The translations under genes and the position numbers were made by a program. Below the pieces are notes generated by a model. It did not search any database. It saw only the letters and a list, made by a program, of their open reading frames with translations, and had not been told where the DNA came from. From a virus: a stretch of DNA of 64,000 nucleotides. Positions 49,016 to 59,031 of this stretch are shown here, piece after piece (the stretch's first letter is position 1; every line of letters starts with the position of its first letter). The stretch lies in the IMG/VR virus record IMGVR_UViG_3300043446_002688; one strand, given 5' to 3'.

Positions 49016-49995
49016 TGGCAAACGTATTTTATAATCGAATCATTCGTAAAATGGTTGTAGGTTTTGGTAACCTATTCAACGAAATTACCATGGTTAGATA
49101 TAACCCAGACAATACCGAATCGGAAAGATTTTTGGTGCCTATCACATATGCACCTAAAGAACACTATGTTTTGCGTCTGGAAGAAGATTATAATCTAGAT
49201 AAAAAAGTTCAAATGACTTTACCTAGGTTGTCTTTTGAAATGATGGGTCTAACATATGATCCTTCAAGAAAACAAAACACAAACATCAGAAACTATGCAC
49301 AAACAGCCACTGGTGTAAAAGGTCAATATACTCCTGTTCCATACAATTTTGATTTCAACCTATATTTGTATATCAGAAATATTGAAGATGGTACACAAGT
49401 CATTGAACACATTTTACCATACTTCACACCAGACTATACAATCAAACTGAATTTGATTCCAGAAATGGGAATCGTAAAAGAAGTTCCTGTTATTCTCAAT
49501 AGTGCAACACATGACACTCAATATGAAGGCAACAGAGAATCTGATCCTAGATTAATTATTTGGACATTAAATTTTACCGTTAAAGGTTTTGTTTATGGTC
49601 CAGTAACAGATACAAATGTTATTAAAAATTCTATCACTAATATATTAGAACAAATTACCAGTGAAGATGAAGTTAGATTCTCAATGAATCCCACAACAGG
49701 AACTGGTGACTATAAGATAGGCGAGTTGGTGTATCAAGGGTTTAGTTCTACAAATTCAACCGCATCAGCAAAAGTAACCGGTTGGTCAAACAATAAATTA
49801 AGTCTTGTGAACATAGATGGTAATTTCATTTCATCGCAACCAATATATGGTTACACGACAAATGCAAATTACAGATTTACATCTTATAATGTAGAACCAT
49901 CACAAAGAGTTACAATTGATATTGTTCCTGATCCATTAAATGCAAACGCTGCATCGCCTTGGACAGCCAACACAACAATAACCGAGTATAATTAA
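49015..49995 (+). CDS. g15: Tail sheath stabiliser / tail terminator gp15
   Basis: FYNRIIRKMVVGFGNLFN, VPITYAPKE, TLPRLSFEM and QVIEHILPYFTPD. Confidence 0.95.
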   Translation: MANVFYNRIIRKMVVGFGNLFNEITMVRYNPDNTESERFLVPITYAPKEHYVLRLEEDYNLDKKVQMTLPRLSFEMMGLTYDPSRKQNTNIRNYAQTATGVKGQYTPVPYNFDFNLYLYIRNIEDGTQVIEHILPYFTPDYTIKLNLIPEMGIVKEVPVILNSATHDTQYEGNRESDPRLIIWTLNFTVKGFVYGPVTDTNVIKNSITNILEQITSEDEVRFSMNPTTGTGDYKIGELVYQGFSSTNSTASAKVTGWSNNKLSLVNIDGNFISSQPIYGYTTNANYRFTSYNVEPSQRVTIDIVPDPLNANAASPWTANTTITEYN

Positions 49996-50006
49996 TCTTA
50001 AACAAC

Positions 50007-50423
50007 ATGAATACATTTGACAAAAACATGGAAAAACTTTTTGATGTAACTCCTGTTGAACAGGAATCAAAACCATTGCTACCGGTTATCAATAACACAC
50101 CGGTGGATGGTCCAGACCTAAAGAACGACCTGGCAGATGCCTATGAACAAACCAAGTCCAACTTACAAGATTTAATAGATAATGGCAAAGATGCAATGGA
50201 AGAATTGCGTCAAATTGCCAGTGCAGGTCAACACCCAAGAGCATTTGAAGTTTATGCCACTTTATTAAAGAATGTGGTAGATGCCAACAAAGAACTTCTG
50301 GCAGTACAAAAACAAATGCGTACCATGGACGGCAAACAACAAAATGGTGATACACGAATTGATAAAGCTGTTATCTTTAATGGTTCCACCGCAGAGTTGA
50401 ACAAGTTACTCAAAGGTAAATAA
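50007..50423 (+). CDS. g16: Terminase small subunit gp16
   Basis: DAYEQTKSNLQDLI..G..A...L..IA..GQHPRAFEVYATL; FNGSTAELNKLLK. Confidence 0.95.
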   Translation: MNTFDKNMEKLFDVTPVEQESKPLLPVINNTPVDGPDLKNDLADAYEQTKSNLQDLIDNGKDAMEELRQIASAGQHPRAFEVYATLLKNVVDANKELLAVQKQMRTMDGKQQNGDTRIDKAVIFNGSTAELNKLLKGK

Positions 50424-52126
50424 TGATTGATGATGATGACGATTATACTTTAGACGCCAAGGATTCATATAGAGATAACCCTTTATTAAAAAAAGTTGGC
50501 GTCAAGGTCGAATGGACCAAAGAAACAATTGAAGAATATAAAAGATGTGCAAATGATCCAGTATACTTTGCAGAGAACTATGTAACGATTGTTAACGTTG
50601 ATGTGGGTCTGATGAAGTTTAAGATGTGGCCTTTTCAAAAGGAAATGATTCGCACCTACCATGAAAACAGATTCTCAATCACCAAATGTCCTCGTCAGGT
50701 TGGTAAGACTACCACCTCAGTTGCATACCTTCTTTGGTTGACATTATTCACAGACCAACAAAACGTTGCCGTTCTTGCTAACAAGGGTTCACTAGCTCGT
50801 GACATTCTTGGTAAATATCAACTTGCGTATGAAAACTTACCTATGTGGTTACAACAAGGTATTGTGGTATGGAACAAGGGTAATGTGGAACTAGAGAACG
50901 GTTCTAAGATTGTTGCAGCTTCTACCTCATCATCCGCAGTTCGTGGTGGTTCATTTAACTTGGTATTCTTGGACGAATTTGCGTTCGTTCCAAACAACAT
51001 TGCTGAAGAATTCTTCAACTCAGTATACCCTGTTATTTCATCTGGTAAAACTTCCAAGATTATTATCGTGTCTACACCGAACGGTATGAATCTGTTTTAC
51101 AAGTTGTGGATGGATGCCATTCACAAAAAGAACAACTATAGGACCTTTGAAATTCACTGGTCTATGGTACCAGGTCGTGATGAGGCATGGAAAGAAGAAA
51201 CAATCCGTAACACAAGCGAACGCCAGTTTAGACAAGAATTTGAAACCGAGTTCTTGGGTTCATCCAATACTCTGGTTTCTGGTTACAAGTTACAGACAAT
51301 CGCATATCGTGATCCTGTGGCGACACACGACTTGATGAAAATCTATGAACATCCAGTCAAAGAAACCGATGGTGCAAAATCAGACCACTTGTATTGTATA
51401 TGTGTTGATGTGTCTGAAGGTAAAAACTTGGACTGTTCTGCATTTCAAGTTATTGATATCTCACAAACACCATACAAACAAGTGGCAACTTATGCCAGTT
51501 CGTCAATCACACCTATTCTTTTCCCTACCGTCATCTACAACGCAGCCAGATATTACAACGATGCGTATATTTTGGTAGAAATCAACAACAATCCACAGGT
51601 GGCAGACTCGTTACATGCAGACTTTGAGTATGAGAACCTATGGAAAGTATACACAGGCAATAAGAAACCTCAACAACTGTCTGCCGGTTTTGCCCGTGGT
51701 ATACAAATGGGACTGAAAATGTCGCCTCAAGTTAAGGCAATTGGTTGTTCTAACCTAAAGACTTTGATTGAAGGTGACAAATTAACCATCTGTGACTTTG
51801 ATACATACTCAGAATTGACCACATTTGAACAACAAAAGAATTCATTTGCGGCGGCCTTAGGTGCCAACGATGATTTGGTAATGTCACTGGTTATTTTTGG
51901 ATGGGTAACAACACAACAGTATTTCAAAGAAATTGTTAATCACGATATTCGTAAACAAATCCAATTGGAGACTATGAACCAAATGGACGATGAGGTTCTT
52001 CCTGCACCAATCATTGAAGATGGTTTGGAACATGACTTTGAAATACTTGACGGTGATTTGTGGGAAGTTGCAAATGGTGGTGAAACCTATGCATCTTTCA
52101 CTAGAAAAATGTTAGACAGGTTGTAA
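50423..52126 (+). CDS. g17: Terminase large subunit gp17
   Basis: YRDNPLLKK, Walker A CPRQVGKTT, FLDEFAF, IIIVSTPNG, CVDVSEG nuclease motif and GANDDLVMSL. Confidence 0.97.
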   Translation: MIDDDDDYTLDAKDSYRDNPLLKKVGVKVEWTKETIEEYKRCANDPVYFAENYVTIVNVDVGLMKFKMWPFQKEMIRTYHENRFSITKCPRQVGKTTTSVAYLLWLTLFTDQQNVAVLANKGSLARDILGKYQLAYENLPMWLQQGIVVWNKGNVELENGSKIVAASTSSSAVRGGSFNLVFLDEFAFVPNNIAEEFFNSVYPVISSGKTSKIIIVSTPNGMNLFYKLWMDAIHKKNNYRTFEIHWSMVPGRDEAWKEETIRNTSERQFRQEFETEFLGSSNTLVSGYKLQTIAYRDPVATHDLMKIYEHPVKETDGAKSDHLYCICVDVSEGKNLDCSAFQVIDISQTPYKQVATYASSSITPILFPTVIYNAARYYNDAYILVEINNNPQVADSLHADFEYENLWKVYTGNKKPQQLSAGFARGIQMGLKMSPQVKAIGCSNLKTLIEGDKLTICDFDTYSELTTFEQQKNSFAAALGANDDLVMSLVIFGWVTTQQYFKEIVNHDIRKQIQLETMNQMDDEVLPAPIIEDGLEHDFEILDGDLWEVANGGETYASFTRKMLDRL

Positions 52127-52137
52127 ATCCAGCCTTT

Positions 52138-52145
52138 CATAAATA
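52138..52145 (+). promoter_or_regulatory. Late promoter CATAAATA for g18
   Basis: Intergenic 7/8 match to the late consensus; followed by a small TGGTA/TACCA hairpin and an AAGGAG RBS. Confidence 0.7.
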
Positions 52146-52197
52146 TCTCTATGGTATAAACTACCAGAAGAACACATAATAATTCAAGGAGAAAAAA

Positions 52198-53880
52198 ATG
52201 GCGTTTCAAATCTCTCCAGGCGTAAACGTTTCAGAAGTTGACCAAACTACCGTTGTCCCTTCTGTCCTAACTACAGCTGGCGCATATGCAGGGGCATTCA
52301 AGTGGGGCCCAGCAGACACAATTACACAAGTTGATAATGAAATTACTTTAGTAAGTCGTTTTGGTAAACCAGATTCTAACACAGCAACATCATTCTTTAC
52401 TGCTGCCAACTTCTTGGCATATGGTAACAATTTGAATATTGTTCGTGCAGTAGGTTCTACTTCAAAAAATGCAACAGGTTCAACCACAGTTTTAATTAAA
52501 AATAAAGATGTTTTTGAAGCATCTTACTTAAACAGAAATAATAGTGGTACTTATGGCGCCTTTGTTGCTCGTTACCCAGGTGCATTAGGTAACTCATTGC
52601 AAGTTGCTGTTTGTGACAATTCAACACAATTTGCATCATGGGCATACAAATCTTATTTCACATCTGCTCCAGGAACATCAACACAAATTAGTACAGCTGG
52701 CGGTTCAGCAGACGAAATGCACGTTGTTGTTATTGATGAAAATGGTTTGTTTACAGGTACAGCAGGTACTGTATTAGAAACATTTCCTTTTATTTCAAAA
52801 GCTTCTGACGCAGTTATCAATGGTGTTTCAAATTACTGGAAACAAGTTATATTCAATAACTCAAAATATGTTTATGCGATGGATCCACCAGATTATGCAA
52901 CACAAGTTGTTACATGGGGATTAACATCTTCAACAGCATTTACAACATTACCAGCAGTAGAATTAATTTCTCTTGCAGGTGGTATTGATGCCTCACCAAC
53001 AGAAGGTAATGTAGAATCCGCATACGATTTGTTTAACAACAAAGAAACTATTGATATCTCTTTATTGTTGTCTGGTGGTCATGGTTCAAATGTACAAAAC
53101 TATATTATCACAACAATTGCTGCTTCTCGTGCAGATTGTGTTGCTTTTGTATCTCCTCCATCTACAGCAGTTGTTAATAACGCAGGCAGCGAAACAACAA
53201 GCATTGCTTCTTGGTTGACTGCTTTGGCTACAACTTCTACATACGCAGTTGCAGATTCTGGTTACAAATATCAATACGACAAGTACAACAATGTATACCG
53301 TTGGATTCCATTGAACGGTGACATTGCTGGTCTATGTGTTTACACAGACACAGTTCGTGACCCATGGTTCTCACCAGCTGGTCTAAGTCGTGGTCAAATT
53401 AAAAACGCCATCAAGTTGGCATGGAATCCAAACAAAACTCAGCGTGACACATTGTATGCCGCAGGTGTTAACCCTGTTGTATCATTCCCAGGTCAAGGTA
53501 TCGTATTGTTTGGCGACAAGACATTGACAAACAAACCATCTGCATTTGACCGTATTAATGTCCGTAGACTATTCTTGGTATTGGAAAAGGCAATTGCAAC
53601 ATCCGCTAAGTATTCATTGTTTGAACAAAACGATGAGTTCACTCGTGCTCAGTTTGTTTCTACTGTTACTCCATTCTTGCGTGATGTTCAAGGTCGCCGT
53701 GGTATCACAGATTTCAAAGTGGTATGCGATACAACCAATAACACAGCACAAGTTATAGATTCCAACCAATTTGTTGGTGACATTTATATTAAGCCTTCTC
53801 GTTCAGTCAACTTCATCCAATTGAACTTTGTTGCTGTTGGAACTGGTGTAGACTTCAATACCATCGTTGGTGTGGCTTAA
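52198..53880 (+). CDS. g18: Tail sheath protein gp18
   Basis: FQISPGVNVSEVD, FKWGP, FLAYGNNL, ARYPGALGN, PWFSPAG..RGQI, FDRINVRRLF and IKPSRSVNFIQLNF. Confidence 0.97.
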   Translation: MAFQISPGVNVSEVDQTTVVPSVLTTAGAYAGAFKWGPADTITQVDNEITLVSRFGKPDSNTATSFFTAANFLAYGNNLNIVRAVGSTSKNATGSTTVLIKNKDVFEASYLNRNNSGTYGAFVARYPGALGNSLQVAVCDNSTQFASWAYKSYFTSAPGTSTQISTAGGSADEMHVVVIDENGLFTGTAGTVLETFPFISKASDAVINGVSNYWKQVIFNNSKYVYAMDPPDYATQVVTWGLTSSTAFTTLPAVELISLAGGIDASPTEGNVESAYDLFNNKETIDISLLLSGGHGSNVQNYIITTIAASRADCVAFVSPPSTAVVNNAGSETTSIASWLTALATTSTYAVADSGYKYQYDKYNNVYRWIPLNGDIAGLCVYTDTVRDPWFSPAGLSRGQIKNAIKLAWNPNKTQRDTLYAAGVNPVVSFPGQGIVLFGDKTLTNKPSAFDRINVRRLFLVLEKAIATSAKYSLFEQNDEFTRAQFVSTVTPFLRDVQGRRGITDFKVVCDTTNNTAQVIDSNQFVGDIYIKPSRSVNFIQLNFVAVGTGVDFNTIVGVA

Positions 53881-53907
53881 TAAATAAATCATAACTAGGA
53901 GATTACA

Positions 53908-54450
53908 ATGGCATTTAACGTAGCAGAATTTAGAGCGAACATGGTTGGTGACGGTGCCCGTCCCAATCTGTTTCAAGTCTCTCTAACATTCCCAGCATTA
54001 GTTGCAAACGGTGTTGCTGCTAGCCAAAAGGCAACTTTTATGGCTAAAGCTGCACAACTACCAGGTTCAACCGTAGGTATGGTTTCAGTACCATACTTTG
54101 GTCGTGAACTGAAGTTCGCAGGTAACAGAACATTCCCAGACTGGACAATTACAGTCATCAACGATGAAGATTTTACAATTAGAAATACTATCGAATCTTG
54201 GATGAACGCAGTTAACAGTCACGCAGGTAATGTTCGTGATGGCGCCGCAATCAATCCATCCAGTTATTCTGTTGATGCTGAAGTTATTCAGTACGGCAAA
54301 ACTGGAAATGAATTGAAGCGTTACACGTTTGTAGGTTTGTTCCCTGTTGATTTGGCACCAATTGATTTGGATTGGGGTTCAAATGACACAATCGAAGAAT
54401 TCGCTGTGACATTTGCTTATCAATACTGGCAAACTGAAACAACAACTTAA
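53908..54450 (+). CDS. g19: Tail tube protein gp19
   Basis: GARPNLFQV, KAAQLPGSTVG, PYFGRELKFAGNRTFPDWTITVINDEDF and FAYQYW. Confidence 0.97.
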   Translation: MAFNVAEFRANMVGDGARPNLFQVSLTFPALVANGVAASQKATFMAKAAQLPGSTVGMVSVPYFGRELKFAGNRTFPDWTITVINDEDFTIRNTIESWMNAVNSHAGNVRDGAAINPSSYSVDAEVIQYGKTGNELKRYTFVGLFPVDLAPIDLDWGSNDTIEEFAVTFAYQYWQTETTT

Positions 54451-54460
54451 TGACTTATAT

Positions 54461-54482
54461 GGAGGACTTCGGTCCTCCTTTT
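54461..54482 (+). terminator. Rho-independent terminator with C(UUCG)G tetraloop
   Basis: GGAGGAC-TTCG-GTCCTCC followed by TTTT. Confidence 0.9.
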
Positions 54483-54515
54483 ATGTTTTCTTGATTTTAT
54501 TATTATCTAAAAAAT

Positions 54516-56261
54516 ATGGCAACACCTAATAAATTTTCACTTTTCGGTTTTACAATTTCTCGTCAGAAAGATGAGGAAGAACAAACAAACCAACAATCGT
54601 TTACGCCTCCCGCACAGGAAGACGGCGCATTAACTATCACATCTGCCGCTTATTACGGCACATATGTAGACTTAGACGGTACAGCTAAGAATGAGGTTGA
54701 ATTAATTTCTCGTTACCGTGAAATGGCAATGCAACCAGAAATTGAGTCAGCGATAGATGACATAGTTAATGAAGCCATTTGTCAAGACGATGACGGCAAA
54801 ATAATTGAGATTGTACTGGACAATTTAAAACAACCAGAAAAAATTAAGAATGCTATTAAGGCGGAGTTCCAAACCATTCTAAGAATGATGAACTACAACA
54901 ATATGGCACAAGATATCTTCCGTAGATTCTATGTTGATGGTCGTTTATTCTATCATATGATTATTGACCGTGAGAAACCACAAGAAGGTATCAAAGAATT
55001 GCGTTATGTGGATCCACGCCGTTTGCGTAAAGTGCGTGAGATTAAGAAACAAAAAGATGAACGCACAGGCGCAGAAGTAATGAAAACTGTAAATGAGTAT
55101 TACATTTACAACGACAAAGTGGTAACTGCATCTTCATCCAATTTTGGTCCTGTTGGTGTTCGTATCACAACAGATTCAATCGTCAATGTTGTTTCTGGTT
55201 TGATGGATTCTCGCAGAGCTGTTGTGTTGAGTTACCTACACAAGGCAATTAAACCACTCAACCAGTTGCGTATGATTGAAGATGCGACAGTTATCTATCG
55301 TATCTCTCGTGCACCAGAACGCCGTATTTTCTACATTGATGTTGGTAACTTACCAAAATTAAAAGCAGAACAATATCTCCGTGATATCATGGTCAAGTAC
55401 AAGAACAAGTTGGTATATGATGCCAACACAGGTGAAGTCCGTGATGACCGTAAATTCATGTCTATGATGGAAGACTTCTGGTTACCTCGCCGTGAAGGTG
55501 GCAAGGGTACAGAAATCACCACACTACCAGGTGGACAGAACCTAGGTGAGTTGGAAGATGTTAAATATTTTGAAAAGAAACTATACAAAGCTCTTTGCGT
55601 TCCTATCTCCAGATTGAATCCTGAGACTTCTGGTTTCTCTTTAGGTCGTACAGGTGAAATCACCCGTGACGAACTGAAGTTCTCCAAGTTTGTTGACCGT
55701 CTACGCAACAAGTTCTCTGAGGTATTTGACCAAGCATTGCGTGTGCAATGTGTATTGAAAGGTATTTGTACAGCAGAAGAATGGGACTTGTTCAAAGAAA
55801 ACATTCACTATGACTTCATCAAAGACAACAACTTCTCTGAACTAAAAGATGCAGAGTTGATGACCAATCGTTTACAATTGTTGGGTGCAGTTGACCCATA
55901 TACAGGTCGTTATTTCTCTCAAGCATGGATTCAGCGTAATGTATTGCGTATGAACGATGATGAAATTGCTCAGATGGAAGATGAAATCGAACAAGAAAAG
56001 GCAGAAGGTAACGGATTGCCAGTTGAAGTAACCAACCAAGTTGCACAAGCACAAATGGTAGGTCAAGTTGATGCAGAGAACCAAGTTGCTATGGCACAAG
56101 CTATGCCGCAAGATCCTGCACAATCCGGTGGCGGTTCTTCATCTTCTTCAAGTACAAGTTCTAAACCAAAAGAAAAATCAAAATCAGAATCAAGCAGTGT
56201 TAAAGGTGATTTGAGTCTGAAAGAAGATAATACATTTACCAAATTGAAGCGAATACTATAA
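54516..56261 (+). CDS. g20: Portal protein gp20
   Basis: YREMAMQPEIESAIDDIVNEAI, SYLHKAIKPLNQLRMIEDA, RAPERRIFYIDVGNLP and EDFWLPRREGGKGTEITTLPGG. Confidence 0.98.
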   Translation: MATPNKFSLFGFTISRQKDEEEQTNQQSFTPPAQEDGALTITSAAYYGTYVDLDGTAKNEVELISRYREMAMQPEIESAIDDIVNEAICQDDDGKIIEIVLDNLKQPEKIKNAIKAEFQTILRMMNYNNMAQDIFRRFYVDGRLFYHMIIDREKPQEGIKELRYVDPRRLRKVREIKKQKDERTGAEVMKTVNEYYIYNDKVVTASSSNFGPVGVRITTDSIVNVVSGLMDSRRAVVLSYLHKAIKPLNQLRMIEDATVIYRISRAPERRIFYIDVGNLPKLKAEQYLRDIMVKYKNKLVYDANTGEVRDDRKFMSMMEDFWLPRREGGKGTEITTLPGGQNLGELEDVKYFEKKLYKALCVPISRLNPETSGFSLGRTGEITRDELKFSKFVDRLRNKFSEVFDQALRVQCVLKGICTAEEWDLFKENIHYDFIKDNNFSELKDAELMTNRLQLLGAVDPYTGRYFSQAWIQRNVLRMNDDEIAQMEDEIEQEKAEGNGLPVEVTNQVAQAQMVGQVDAENQVAMAQAMPQDPAQSGGGSSSSSSTSSKPKEKSKSESSSVKGDLSLKEDNTFTKLKRIL

Positions 56262-56264
56262 ATA
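56257..56264 (+). promoter_or_regulatory. T4-type late promoter TATAAATA
   Basis: Exact consensus overlapping the g20 stop codon. Confidence 0.8.
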
Positions 56265-56282
56265 TTTCATTAGGAGAAAATT

Positions 56283-56477
56283 ATGACAACAAGACAAATC
56301 ATCGACTACGCAGAAAACGACCAAGCACTAGAAATGCGTAATGCTTTCTATTCAGCTTTGCAAGACAAAGTTATGGCACATATTGAAGCAAAGAAAATGG
56401 AAGTTGCAAAAACTATGTTTAATCAGCCTGATCCAATGGCAACTGCTGATGATGTAGCAATTACACAAGCACAATAA
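56283..56477 (+). CDS. Prohead core protein, gp67-like
   Basis: Small helical protein right after g20 (AFYSALQDKVMAHIEAKKMEVAKTMF); AGGAG RBS. Confidence 0.65.
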   Translation: MTTRQIIDYAENDQALEMRNAFYSALQDKVMAHIEAKKMEVAKTMFNQPDPMATADDVAITQAQ

Positions 56478-56489
56478 TAGGAAAAAATA

Positions 56490-57017
56490 ATGGCAAACTC
56501 ATACGAATATCAAGTCATTAAAGACACCACAGAACATACTGTTATTAAGTTAACAGCATCTTTTGACGGTACAGGACAAGAAGCAAACGTAGTTCGTATT
56601 CAAGCAAACACACTTTACGGCGCATTAGCAACTAATGGTTATCTTGTTGCAAACAACCAAGGTGGTTCAGCAAATACAACATTGGGTTATTACGGACTAG
56701 CAATCAACCGTGTATGGTATGATTGTTCAGTAACAGGTGATGTCCAATTAACATGGAACGCAGCAACACCTAAAACTATCATGTTCTTAAACGGCAACGG
56801 AGAATTTGATGGTATGGGTAACTGGACAACCATTCCAAATAACGCAGCGGGTACAACAGGTTGCAAGGGTGATATTGGTGTAGTAACAAGAGGTATGGTA
56901 TCTGGCGATAGTTACACAATTATACTGGAACTACGCAAAGACAATGCATACTACCAACGTGGTCAGTTCAATGATCCTGCAGCATTCAACTACGCTCCAT
57001 ATAACATTCGTCCATAA
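56490..57017 (+). CDS. Uncharacterised beta-rich head-module protein (175 aa)
   Basis: VIKLT..FDGTGQE.. / RVWY / LTW / NNAAG / GDI..VT / YTIILELRK resembles a widespread aquatic-phage hypothetical family. Occupies the g68 position; AGGA RBS. Confidence 0.6.
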   Translation: MANSYEYQVIKDTTEHTVIKLTASFDGTGQEANVVRIQANTLYGALATNGYLVANNQGGSANTTLGYYGLAINRVWYDCSVTGDVQLTWNAATPKTIMFLNGNGEFDGMGNWTTIPNNAAGTTGCKGDIGVVTRGMVSGDSYTIILELRKDNAYYQRGQFNDPAAFNYAPYNIRP

Positions 57018-57025
57018 GGTAACCT

Positions 57026-57670
57026 ATGAAACTCATTAAAGAACTTGTTGAGAATGTAAATTACTTAACAGAAGAAAAAGACGGAAAGAAAACCCTATAC
57101 ATTGAGGGTCCTTTCCTTGTTGCAGAAGCTGTTAACCGCAACAAACGCATGTACAAAGAAGAAACAATGCGTAATGAAGTTGCTCGTTATACAGAAGAAT
57201 ATGTATCTAAAAATCGTGCCTTTGGTGAACTGGGACACCCAGATACACCTTCCATCAACTTAGACCGTGTGTCACATTTAATTGTTGGCCTGCGTCAAGA
57301 AGGTAATGCATGGATAGGCAAAGCTAAAATTCTTGAAACACCAATGGGCAATATTGCCAGAAACCTAATCGAAGGTGGTGCTCAACTCGGCGTGTCATCA
57401 CGTGGTATGGGTTCACTAAAGATGGAGAATGGCATCAACGTTGTTCAAGGAGACTTTCATCTGGCCACAGCGGCAGATATTGTAGCAGACCCTTCTGCAC
57501 CAGGCGCTTTCGTGCAAGGTATTATGGAAGGTAAAGAATGGGTGATGGTAAATGGTATTTGGACTGAACAACAGTTTGAAGAAGCAAAGACACAAGTTCG
57601 TCAAGCTTCTCGTAAAGAAATTGAATCAGTAAGTCTGAAGATATTTGAAAACCTCATCAAAAAACTTTAA
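57026..57670 (+). CDS. g21: Prohead core protease gp21
   Basis: LYIEGPFLVAE..NRNKRMY, GELGHPD, NLDRVSH, GVSSRGMGS and DIVADPSAPGAFV. Confidence 0.97.
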   Translation: MKLIKELVENVNYLTEEKDGKKTLYIEGPFLVAEAVNRNKRMYKEETMRNEVARYTEEYVSKNRAFGELGHPDTPSINLDRVSHLIVGLRQEGNAWIGKAKILETPMGNIARNLIEGGAQLGVSSRGMGSLKMENGINVVQGDFHLATAADIVADPSAPGAFVQGIMEGKEWVMVNGIWTEQQFEEAKTQVRQASRKEIESVSLKIFENLIKKL

Positions 57671-57671
57671 T

Positions 57672-57679
57672 TATAAATA
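57672..57679 (+). promoter_or_regulatory. T4-type late promoter TATAAATA for g22
   Basis: Exact intergenic consensus; AAGGAG RBS downstream. Confidence 0.85.
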
Positions 57680-57709
57680 TCCAATATAAAAATCAAGGAG
57701 ATTCTCAAA

Positions 57710-58987
57710 ATGGGAAAATTTAATCTGACAGACGCCGCTAAAGCAATTTTGACAGAAGGTGCAAAAGAAACTTTCGATTCCAACATTGCATCTAAGAAAA
57801 GCGGTCAAGATGGTCCACAAAAACTACCTACATCAGTTGCATATGGCACAAAAGATGCTGGTGAAGTTGCTGACGTTGTTGATAAGAAAGATGACGATAA
57901 GCCAGACTATACAAAAGGTGCACCAACAGCAACACCTCCAGGCGCAACACCACCAGTTGGCGCACAACCAGGTGCTAAGTTGTCTGGTCCAGCAGAAACA
58001 CAAGGTTCTGAACACGCTGTTTCTCAAGCAGAACCAACATCATACGAAAACATTCGTGACCGTGTTAAGGCTAAATTAGCACAACAAACATTCCACGCCA
58101 ACCCAGGTGCCACATTCCAATCTTATGCTGAAGAAAAAGTAGAAGATGAGTCTGTTGTATCTGAAGAAAAAGATGAAGGTCACGAAGACGCAGCCGAAGA
58201 TAAGAAAATGATTAAGGCTATGTTGAAGAAACAAAAAATGAAAGAAGATATGGACGCAGACGTTTCTGCTCTATTGTCTGGTGAAGAATTATCAGAAGAT
58301 TTCAAAGAAAAGGCATCTACAATTTTTGAAGCTGCCGTTATTGCCCGTACACAAGCAATGATGGAAGAAGTTGAAGAAGCTTTGTTTGAAGAATTTGAAT
58401 TAGCCGTTGAAGAAGTTAAGAACGACTTGTCTGCCAAGTTGGATGACTACATCGGTTACATGGCAGAAGAATGGGTTAAAGAAAACACATTGGCAATCGA
58501 AAAAGGTCTACGTGCTGAAATCGTAGAAGAATTCATTGCTGGTTTGAAGAACTTGTTCGTTGAACACTACATTGATATCCCAGAAGAAAAAGTGGATGTC
58601 GTAGAAGAATTGACAAACAAAGTTGAAGAATTGGAAGCTCAAATCAATGAAGAAATCCAATCTGCCGTTGAATTACGCAAAGAATTGAACGAACACAAAA
58701 AGAATGAGGCGATCCATGCAGTATGTGAAGGCCTAACGCAGACACAGGTAGAAAAAATGAAGTCACTTGCAGAGAGTGTTGAGTTTACTACCGATGAAGA
58801 ATTTGCAGACAAACTGGTAACATTGAGAACATCGTATTTCACTGAAGCCGTTAAAGCTGCTGACAGTTCTGCATTGAATGAGGAAGTACAAATCGAAGAA
58901 GATAAACCAGAAGTTAAGACAACTGCTTCTGCTGATCCTTTGATTAATGCTGCCGCATCAGCAATCTCAAAATCTGTGGTAAAATAA
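57710..58987 (+). CDS. g22: Prohead scaffolding protein gp22
   Basis: Acidic coiled coil with LSEDFKEKASTIFEAAV, YMAEEWVKEN..AIE.GLRAEI.EEFI.GLK.LF.EHYIDIPEEKVD and TLRTSYF. Confidence 0.93.
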   Translation: MGKFNLTDAAKAILTEGAKETFDSNIASKKSGQDGPQKLPTSVAYGTKDAGEVADVVDKKDDDKPDYTKGAPTATPPGATPPVGAQPGAKLSGPAETQGSEHAVSQAEPTSYENIRDRVKAKLAQQTFHANPGATFQSYAEEKVEDESVVSEEKDEGHEDAAEDKKMIKAMLKKQKMKEDMDADVSALLSGEELSEDFKEKASTIFEAAVIARTQAMMEEVEEALFEEFELAVEEVKNDLSAKLDDYIGYMAEEWVKENTLAIEKGLRAEIVEEFIAGLKNLFVEHYIDIPEEKVDVVEELTNKVEELEAQINEEIQSAVELRKELNEHKKNEAIHAVCEGLTQTQVEKMKSLAESVEFTTDEEFADKLVTLRTSYFTEAVKAADSSALNEEVQIEEDKPEVKTTASADPLINAAASAISKSVVK

Positions 58988-58990
58988 ATA
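58983..58990 (+). promoter_or_regulatory. Late promoter AATAAATA for g23
   Basis: Overlaps the g22 stop codon; AAGGAG RBS before g23. Confidence 0.7.
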
Positions 58991-59031
58991 AAAATTACCG
59001 AATCTAAAAGAAACTAACAAGGAGAAAACTA

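Noticed and set aside
50416-50422. GTAAATA late promoter before g17
   Set aside because: It abuts the g17 start codon and is explained by the Lys-stop/TAATG coupling; there is no room for a leader.
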